Of a DNA stretch of 64,000 bases, positions 55,444 to 64,000 are shown piece after piece. Positions within the stretch are counted from its first letter, which is position 1. Each line of letters begins with the position of its first letter. Made by a program: the position numbers and the translations under genes. Below the pieces are notes generated by a model that did not search any database, had not been told where the DNA came from, and was given only the letters and a program-made list of their open reading frames with translations. Source of the stretch: Callorhinchus milii (taxonomy: Eukaryota); the NCBI RefSeq assembly GCF_018977255.1, contig NW_024704742.1, positions 47,990,001 to 48,054,000 of the forward strand, given 5' to 3'.

Positions 55444-55554
55444 CTTGAGCCTTTTAACCAACTCATCGTTGGAGATTTTGTCAGTAATCTCTTTGACACC
55501 GGGAGGGTAGGTGATGATCTTCGTGTCTGCGGGTTTGGGCTGCGGGAAGGCCAT
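55444..55554 (-). CDS. PDS5A: PDS5A exon 2, first coding exon (111 nt): [37 protein letters not shown]
   Basis: Conserved [12 protein letters not shown] motif; ATG in GGAATGG context; donor AAG|gtacgg. Confidence 0.95.
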
Positions 55555-55648
55555 TCCTGGGCTGCGAACAAGTCTCTGGTCCCAGTCTGCGGATCCCTAC
55601 CGGCCTCTGCTGGTGGGGCACAAGTTCATGCTGTTTGTTACTCGGGGG

Positions 55649-56085
55649 CTCTCCCCCCCCCCTTCCCCTTCCCCCCTCTCCCCCTTCCCCTCCTCTCTCC
55701 CCCTCCTCTCCCCTCTCCCCTCCTCTCCCCCTCCTCTCTCCTCTCCCCCTCTCTCCCTTCCCTCTCCCTCTCCTCTCCTCCTCCCTCTCCCCCTCCCCTC
55801 TCCCTCCCCTCTCCCTCTCCCTCTCCCTCTCCCCTCCTCTCTCCCCCTCTCTCCTCTCTCCCCCCTCCTCTCTCCCCCTTCCTCTCTTCTCTCCCCTCTC
55901 CCTCTCCTCTCTCCCCTTCCTCTCTTCTCTCCCCTCTCCCTCTCCTCTCTCCCCCCTCCTCTCCTCTCCCCCTCCCCTCTCCTCTCCCCCTCCTCTCTCC
56001 CCCTCCCTCTCCTCCCCTCCTCTCTCCCCCTCCCCTCCCTCTCTCCCCCTCCTCTCTCCCCCCTCCTCTCTTCCCTCTCCCCCCC
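55649..56085. repeat. Polypyrimidine/polypurine (CT-rich) tract, ~435 nt
   Basis: Only C and T on the + strand. Confidence 0.95.
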
Positions 56086-56469
56086 ATTTCACTCTTTTTC
56101 ATTTGATTTTTTTAAAAAAATACCCGTCTCTATCCCGCGAAGCCGCGGGTGGTGGGAGAGGAGGGTGGGAGAGGGAAATTTTTCCACCCACCCCCCCCCT
56201 CCCCAGGTTGTTTGGGAGGGGGAAGGGAAGGCAGCAACTCCCCCCCCCCCCGAGAACCTGGGAAAAGGAGCGAAAAGCCGAGCGTAAGTGAGTGAGGGAG
56301 TGAGGGAAGGAGTGAGTGAGGGAGTGAGTGAGGGAGGGCCGGGAACATGCCGCTTCCATTCACTTTCTGCCCCCCCGCGGGGGAGGGGGGGGTTAGAGAG
56401 CGAAAAAAAATAAAAATAAAAAGCGGCCAAAAACTCCTCCCCTCCCAAAAGCCTCCCGCCATCCGCCGC

Positions 56470-56572
56470 CGAGAGCCCGAGCCCAGAGCCCCGGGCCCCC
56501 GAGCCCCGAGCCCCGGCCCCCCGAGCCCCGGCCCCCGAGCCCCGGCCCCGGCCCCCCGGCCCGAGCCCCGGC
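56470..56572. repeat. GC-rich tandem repeat of CCGAGCC/CCCCGG units
   Basis: Directly visible repeats. Confidence 0.85.
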
Positions 56573-57461
56573 GGCAACAAAAACTTCTTCGGCGCCGCTC
56601 CGCGAGCGCCCACTCCTCCGGGCTTTGCTCGGGCCTAACAGCCTAGGCCTCGCCCGGCAGCCCCGGACACCGACAACACCTCGGCGCCGGGTCCACAACT
56701 TTTTACAGCGGGGCGGCAGCTGAGCTCAGCCCCAACTCCCCCCCCCCCCTGTCCCGGGGCTGCCAACCCCCCCCGCTCCCCCCTGTCCCGGGGCTACCAA
56801 CCCCCCCCCCCCCGCACACACACACACACAGAGGCTCCTCCCGGGAGACCAGCAAACCGACGCCACTCACTCGCTTCACTTTGACTGGTTTCTTTTCCAC
56901 AACTTCGTCCCCGCGGCGGCTTCACCAACACAAACACACACACACACACACACACACACGGTGCAGACCAGCGGCCTGGCCTCGGCTCTCCCCGCTCACA
57001 CACACACTCACTCCCTCCCGCCACCCGGAGAGGCCGTCAGGAGGCCCCGCGCGGCGCCGCCGCCGTCTCCCACCTCATGAATCCCGCCGGACGTCTGTCA
57101 CAGGGTCCCGGTAAAGCGGCGCTTTCTCAGGGTCCGGAGCGAGCGCGGGCGGCAGCACAGAGCGCGGGCGACAGCAGCGCCGGGAACAACAGACAGAGCG
57201 GCCACAGCGCCAGTCACCGCCTACAGCGCCCCTACCGGCCGAGGGCACACACACACACACAGCGCCCGCCAAACAGCGCCCCTACGGGCCGAGCGGCTCC
57301 AACAGGATGGAGAGCACCAACAGCGCCCCTACAGGGCGAGGGTTACACAGCACACGCCGATGGCCCCCCCCAACAAGATGAGGGACACGCACAGAGCCCA
57401 CCACAGGAGCCCGGGGGGACCGTCCCCGCCAACAGCGCCCCTACAGGGCAGGGCGACACAC

Positions 57462-57750
57462 TGGGCAATTGCCTTACTCCACGCGCCCCTGTTCACGTAG
57501 CAGTGAGTAGGAATCCGGTTGTTAGTCGGTTGGCGGATCGCTTTCCGGGGGTAATAATCTCTTAAAAAAAATAATAAATCGGTCACTTCAATCCACTGAC
57601 TGTTTGTGGGGCACTGCTCTGCGCATATTGGCCGCCGCGTTTCGCCCACAAATATACGGTCGCTTCACTTTACAGTCTATTCCGTGAAGCGCTTTGGGAC
57701 GTCGAGAAGACGTGATAAGGCGCTGTATCAAATGCAAGGATTATTATTAT
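57462..57750 (+). mobile_element. SINE, same family, long variant, inside the CpG island
   Basis: Shared body and tail; CpGs retained. Confidence 0.85.
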
Positions 57751-58373
57751 AGGCTGAAGGTGCACACAGCACCTGCCGACAGCGCCCCTACAGGGTGAAG
57801 GTGTACCTTCCCATTGAAAAGATTAAGACTTCCCGTGGGCTTGAAACAATGCATATCTTGTGTTACGAGAACAAGAATTAATCTACATCGAAACGTATCA
57901 GCCCGAGCTTACTGTCCAACCTAAATGAAAGCTATGAAGCATTGGCTAAAACTCGAAACGTTTGTCTACAGACCGGAAGCCTCAAGCAATCAAAAAAGAT
58001 CGCAAAACATTTCATAAGTGCCAAAAAGTAAATATTGATTTTTCAGTTCAGCGGGGCTTGACACTCTGCTTGCTGTTAATTCTCATGAATAACTAGCATG
58101 GTGCATAAACGGGACAAATTGTCGAGATATTGTGCTAACAGGTGATTCATTTGTTTGTAATGTACTCCCGCAATAGCCATCTATGTCTAACAACTATATA
58201 TTTCTCTAGAAATCCATTCACAGGTCCCTAAATATGCTCCCTCCCTTCCCTCTTTCCGGTACGTCTCAAAATGTACCCCTTTGATTGTGCTATTGGTTGA
58301 GACAGTTGTATCACCCACGATATGGTTCGCTCTCCCTCACAGAGTGAACTGCGTGGCCTCCGTGTTTAATCCT

Positions 58374-58862
58374 GTGGAGTTCTGCAGCTCGGTGGTTAGA
58401 GCACTCACCTTGCAAGCGAGAGACCTGGGTTCGATTCCCAGCAGCCAAGTGCACCCAGTGGATCGACCCTCCCAAATCCTGCTGACAAGCCAGGTTGACT
58501 GGTCCATCATTAGCAGTGCCTTGTACTGCGGATCCAATGGATCTGTATCCATTGTGGATTCCTGTAGCTCAGTGGTTACAGCACTCACCTCTCAAGTGAG
58601 CGACTTGGGTTTGATTCCCAGCAGGTCTAAACCTTGGGCAAGTTTCCTTACTCCGCATGCCTGATCATCCCTCAAGAAAAAAACAATAATAAATTGGTCA
58701 CTTCAATCCACGAGTGTTTGTGGGACGCTGCTGTGTGCAATTGGCTACTGCACTTCGCCCACAAATATACAGTCAATTCACATTACAGTACATTCTGTGA
58801 AGCACTTTGAGAAGTCTAGAAGACGTGAAAAGCGCTATATCAAATGCAAGGATTATTATTAT
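58374..58862 (+). mobile_element. Dimeric tRNA-derived SINE with Deu-like body and L2-type tail
   Basis: Two tRNA-like heads (58374, 58554), B box GGTTCGATTCC at 58428-58438, end GCGCTATATCAAATGCAAGGATTATTATT. Confidence 0.88.
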
Positions 58863-59631
58863 TTTATAATCCTCACTAATTAATGCAAGTTTCTATAACT
58901 AGGTGTAAGTTGACTAATGAGTTCTTCCATGATGACAGGTATTACAAATTTCTATTTAAATTAAAGGAAATTGGGAAGCTTCAGTCATCAGAGATTTATT
59001 TTACACCTCTGTGACCTAGGCTGAACCGGTTTGTGTATTCCCTTCTTCTTTGATTTATGCAGAAAGCTTGAGTTTTCATTGTAACTTCGATGAAATCCGC
59101 AACCCTCAGCATTAAAATCTTAAACGACATGATAAATACCAACAAATACAACTATGAGATAACAAACATTAATCACACTTAAACTACACATGCTAGCAGC
59201 CACTTGTAATGAACTTAATGTAAAGCGCACGAAGAACCAACCTCTGACTACTATTCATCAATAGTCAGAGCACGTACCTTTGTTGCCATCAGGTAGAAAA
59301 ATAGCGACCGCAAGCACGTGGCGCCTGTTCTTTTATGGGCATTGAGCCCCTCCCTGAATTAGGGTGCCCAATGGTAATTGTATTGAACCAATTTCCTAAT
59401 TCTGGTATGCTGGTATCCTGGGTAACATCCTAAAAATTATATTGCACACTCTCTCCATTGTACTCTCTCCAATATGATCCTTGTATTATGGCAACCAGAA
59501 CTGCGCACAGTTTTAGAATTGTAGTTGAACTAAGGTTTTATACAAATTTAGCATTACCTCTTTACTGTTGTGTTTTATTCCTCTGGATATGAAGGCAAAG
59601 ATTCTATATGAATTCTTATGGGATACTTCTA

Positions 59632-59742
59632 TAGGGTGACCAAAAAGTTGTGATATCTACCCTATTATGAAAAAAAGTCAAAAATAATTTTGTTAAGACT
59701 TATTAGACATTGCAATGATATCAGAACTTTTTGGTCACCCTG
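59632..59742. mobile_element. 111-bp mariner-like MITE
   Basis: 26-bp TIRs (t/c)AGGGTGACCAAAAAGTT(g/c)TGATATC. Confidence 0.85.
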
Positions 59743-60369
59743 TGCATCAACCTGGTGCTAGTTTTAGAAACTAATTAATGTGAATCTAGATTGCTTTGCT
59801 TTTCTACTGCTCTTAGATAATGAATTACTTTTTTTGCATAAAAAATGGCTGCTGGTATGGGAGTCTCGAGCATTGTGGAAATATCACTTGCTGAGCTTGA
59901 ATGGGTGGAGGGGGATAATTCCTCTCAAAGTGCTAGACAGTCAAGGGTTTGGGCCAGAGCTGAGGGGGTGGATTAAACAATAACTTGCATTTATATATAT
60001 ATTGCTCAATGTGCATCTCGAGAGGAGAGGAAAGAGGTGGGGGGGTGGGGAAATAAAACCAGCTCCTTCATCAAACCATCACACACTCGGCCATAAAAGG
60101 AGGCATTTCCTGACACCGGAAGTGACGGTTAACTGTCAAATTTCAAACAGTCACCATATTTCGTGACTTTCGGCTGGTGTGATGATAATAAACAGAATCC
60201 ATGTCAATTATTATCCCCTCAGTATGTCAGTAAGTATATAAATCCCCCCTCCCACCAGGACTTCAGCATCTCAGAAATTCCCCCCAAAAGTCTTAATACA
60301 TTGTTTTGTGATTGACAGCACATGTGGCCCATGGTGGAGCGGATTCCACGACCCACAATCAAGAGGCCA

Positions 60370-60782
60370 CACAAAGCCTTCAAGGCCCTCCATGGCTCTT
60401 GCTTATTCCTACCTCTGTGTCCTGCTAACCTCTTATCAACCTGTCCGCTCCCTCTGCTCAGCAGGTTCCGGCCTTCTCCACTTCCCCTGCTCGGCCCGTC
60501 ATACCATTGGTGGTCGAGCCTTCAGCCTCTCCACCCCCATCCTTTGGAACTCCATCCCACATTCCCTTTGCCTCGCTCCCTCCCTTGTCTCCTGCAGGAC
60601 ACGTCTCAAGACCCTCCTCTTCAACCTTGCCTTCGACCACCCTCCTACCCACCCTGCCCTCCAGCCTCCCTTACCCCAACCAACTCTCCCCCCACCCCGC
60701 TCGGGGCCAAATCCCTGACTGTCCAGTGCCTTGGGACATCTTCCCGACGTGAAAGGCGCTATACAAATGTAACATTGTATTG
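60370..60782 (+). mobile_element. L2 LINE 3' fragment
   Basis: GGRAFSLSTPILWNSIP, RLKTLLF; stem-loop tail. Confidence 0.87.
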
Positions 60783-61319
60783 AAAATCACTTCATGTTTA
60801 GAAATTAGAACTGCAGATTTTACCAATTTTTTTGAAAGATAAAAAATGAGAAAGCAGTACAGTATACATGCTTTTTACAGATTTGAATTGGTAACATCCA
60901 TTTCACAAAACTCCATATTCAGATCATCAGAAGAGGTAGCCATTAATGTAAATAAAAAATAGCAAGCTGGATGTTTGTCTGTCTACACATGCATTTGGAT
61001 AGTTCCCCGGTTAGATACATCCTGAGTCTACTCAATGTGATTTTGAAGAGAGGTGACAATGCTTTTATTTTTATTTTGTAGTTTGTTGGTATGAATAATA
61101 AATCTGTAGGAAGACGGTTGAAGTAGGAAATGTTAATTCCTTCAAACACAGATTAGATAGTTTTCTTTTAGGAAGTAACATTATGACGTGCAGTACATAG
61201 GTAGTTAGGGACATATGTGCATGTGACCGCTAGGAAGATAGAAGGTGGACTAGATGGACCTTGGTATTTTTCGTCTAGCATTTCTCATGTTTTTATGTTC
61301 TTATGGTACAGGAGAAAAA

Positions 61320-62090
61320 AAACGTTTGTGGAGATTAAGTGATTGCAGTTGGTTAAGTAGGACTGGAACCAGGTAAGTGCGGTCCCATTGAGGTGGATGA
61401 GTGAAGGAGAGGCAGTGGAAGGGGAGAGCGTGATTGACTGTGTTGAATGCAGCAGAGAGGTCCAGGAGGACAAGGAGGCAAAGGGAGCCCTGGTCACAGA
61501 GAGAGAGGATGTCAAAGTCATAAGCGACTTTGACACTCTGTCTCTGTGCTGTGAGCAGGGTGGAACCTAGACTGGAGGAGCTTCAGAAGGAAAGTGGAGG
61601 GAGAGGTGTGGGTGAAGCTGATTTACAACAATGTGTTCTAGAACTTTAGGAAGGAAAGGCAAGTTAGAAATGGGTTGGTAGATTTGAGGGATCGAGGTGG
61701 GATTTTTGAGGAAGTGGTTGGCTTTGTGTTAGTGAATGGATCGATTTCAAGATCGTGACACGTGTCTTCAAATCCTTTCATGCCCTGGCACCTCTCTATC
61801 TTTCTGACCTGCTTATTCCCCAACCCACTATCCGTTGCCTCTGCTTGACTGGCTCTGGCCTCTTGCTTGTCCCTCATGGCTTCCGTTGCACCATCAGTGT
61901 CTACGCTTTCAGCACTATCCCAAAATTTTGAAACACTTCCTCAATCCCTCTGCCTTGTCCCATCCTTCCCCATCTTCAAGTCGCGTCTGAAGACCTTCCT
62001 CTACAGCTCGGCTCGGCATTGTGCTTCGCCACTGTCAGTGGTTCTGGGATGGTACCCTGCATGAGGGGGTGGGGGTGCTATATGAAGAAG
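61320..62090. mobile_element. L2 pieces in opposite orientations (61320-61710 minus; 61735-62090 plus)
   Basis: Similarity to 4030-4440 and 31030-31420. Confidence 0.72.
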
Positions 62091-62819
62091 TCCAGGACCT
62101 CTTCACATTTGACATTCAAGGTAAGGATCAAGGGTGTTTGAGAGGGCGCTCGGAGGAGTGGGTGGTGGAGAACAACACTTTAGGGTTATTTTTGGCCTCC
62201 AGAATGGCCTTGGAGTAAAAAGGCAGATTTGGCCTGAGAGAGGGAGAGCCAGTAGGAATGCAATGCTCGAACTACATTTTTGAATGAACTGAGGCTGGTT
62301 TTGTACCATCTGCACTCGAGTGTCCGAGTTGGGATTTGAGGAAGCAAAGGTGGCTGTTATACCAGGGTGAGCAAGTGGGTTTGGGGATGACTCTACATTT
62401 CAGGGGGACAAGGGAATTGCCTCCCATCACCTTTCTGTTATTTTATGCTATTATATACTCCCCCACCCCCTCCCCCAGAGATCTTTCAGAAATTACAACA
62501 TTCCCCCCCTCCAGATTCTGTCCACATTTACAACACCCCCCCAGTTCCGTCTACAGTTATCACAACACTTACCTCCCTCAACCTATTTAGCAGAACATAT
62601 GTCAGGAGGAATGGTGCCTCCCAGGTCCTGATATTTCTACACTGCAAGCAGATTTATGAAGAGGTTCCAAGTGGAATAAGTGTGTCTGAAACTGTCCACC
62701 GCTAATGTGAGGAAAATGTGCTGCAGGAATAAAAGAGTAGCTGGCCTCTCTTTCCAGATCTGGGCCTTTCTCCTGTAACATTTTATGAATTGAAAATATT
62801 TTTTGCATTAATTCCACTA

Positions 62820-63770
62820 GCAACAACAAAATAACAACAAAATTATATTTGTATAGTGCCTTTCACGTCGGGAGGACATCCCAAGGCACTGGACAATCAG
62901 TGTTTCAGACCTGAGCTGAGGTTTGGGATCAGGGATGATAGAGGGCAGGGGGGGAAGGAGGGTAACCAAAGGCACGTTTGAAGAGGAGGGTCTTGAGGGA
63001 CTTGAAGGAGGCAAGGAAGGGGCGCGGCAGAGGGACTGCAAGATGGAGTTCCAGAGGGTGGGGGCAGAGTGGCTGAAGGCTCGCCTGCCAATGGTAGAGC
63101 AGGCGAGGCGGGGACTGTGAAGCAGGCCGGAGCCACTGAGCAGAACTAGGTTGGTAAGAGGTGGCAGAGGCAGTGGAGAGGAAGGCCATGGAGGGCGTTG
63201 AAAATGAGGACCAGAATCTTGAACTGTATCCTCTGTGTGATGGGAAGCCAGTGGAGTCGGGCGAGGATGGGGATGATAGGGTCGGGGTGTCTGGAGCAGG
63301 AGAGGACTTGGGCTGCAGAGTTCTGGATAATCTGAAACCTATGGAGGGAGGAGTTTGGGAGGCTGACAAGCTATGAGTTTTCTTAGTTGAGCCTGGATGT
63401 TATGAATGCGTGTATGAGGGTTTCGGTGGCCTGCGGTGTGAGACAGTGGCTGAGCCGGGTGATGTTGTGGAGGAGGGGAAAGCAGAGCGGGTCATGGCAC
63501 AGATGTGGGGTATAAAGGATAGTTGAGGGTTAAACAAGACCCCAAGGTTCCGGACTGGCTCAGTGAGGTGGAGTGTGCAACCAGGGATGGTGATACTGTC
63601 AGCGCCTGAGGTGAGGAGGGCTGACGGGAGCCAATCAGGAGAGCCTCGGCCTTGTTGACATTCAGCTGGAGAAAGTTGGCTCTCATCCAGGACTTGATGT
63701 CTGATAGACATTCTGTCAGGACAGTAGTGGTCCTGGAGTTGAGGGTGGAGGCAGAGAGGTGGCCCCCCCA
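62820..63770 (-). mobile_element. L2 LINE, 5'-truncated; same subfamily as 2954-4445
   Basis: ECLSDIKSWMRANFLQLNVNK, VRNLGVLF; stem-loop tail. Confidence 0.9.
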
Positions 63771-64000
63771 CAAATAAAACTGATCATCCACTTCACAGAT
63801 GTTTGCAGGGCGTTGCTGCGCGGAAATTGGCTTCCGCTTTCATCCGCAAATTCACCGACATATTTGTGCCTGAAAGTTTTATGCGACACTGTGGAACTCT
63901 CTCCCTCAAACCCGTCCGCCTCGACAAACCCCCCCCCCCTCCGCCTCCTCCATATTCAGATTGCACCCAAAAACCTTTCACCGTGGCCCACGGTCAGTCC

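Larger units (their letters stand above)
1090..55554 (-). other. PDS5A: PDS5A gene span (5' part, 14 coding exons, N-terminal ~534 aa, HEAT-repeat region); truncated by left window edge
   Basis: Spliced translation matches recalled vertebrate PDS5[23 protein letters not shown] is PDS5A-type rather than PDS5B-type. Exon phases join without a frameshift. Confidence 0.97.
56130..57800. promoter_or_regulatory. CpG island / PDS5A promoter and probable non-coding exon 1
   Basis: Very GC- and CpG-rich compared with the AT-rich introns, just upstream of the start codon. Minus-strand GTGAGT donor candidates at 56865-56870 and 57006-57011. Confidence 0.8.

Noticed and set aside
56281..56295. Plus-strand GTAAGT donor suggesting an antisense exon
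   Set aside because: Part of a GTGAGTGAGGGA tandem repeat; no other support
54471..56698. Many long overlapping ORFs (PHT-, GVC-, ERG-, PLS-rich)
   Set aside because: Artefacts of stop-free low-complexity DNA; only 55444-55554 has protein homology
57224..57450. CRISPR-like repeat-spacer array
   Set aside because: Eukaryotic locus, only a 12-16-nt core, spacers related to each other and irregular, no cas genes
58374..58445. tRNA gene (also 2640-2714, 14320-14388, 58554-58625)
   Set aside because: No complete acceptor stem, and each runs directly into SINE linker or body; these are SINE heads

Overview
Vertebrate genomic DNA, not prokaryotic. The repeat complement (CR1 with a shark-type 3' end, abundant L2, Deu-like tRNA-SINEs, Penelope-type pLTR fragments) suggests a cartilaginous fish; this is an inference. 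The window holds the 5' part of the cohesin regulator PDS5A on the minus strand. I traced 14 coding exons by hand (ATG 55554 down to 1090; 1603 nt, about 534 codons), all with GT-AG boundaries and one continuous frame; the gene continues past the left edge. A CpG island/promoter lies at about 56.1-57.8 kb. Introns and the upstream flank are filled with L2 and CR1 LINE fragments, one near-full-length CR1, SINEs and two TA-flanked DNA-transposon derivatives. Most interesting: a Penelope-type minimal hammerhead ribozyme motif and a related long fold-back, five CTCF-like motifs at the promoter, a first coding exon sandwiched between two long G-skewed low-complexity tracts, and an inverted L2 pair bracketing two exons. 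I found no convincing wholly new multi-gene system. Exon numbers assume one non-coding exon 1, as in human. Repeat boundaries are approximate.
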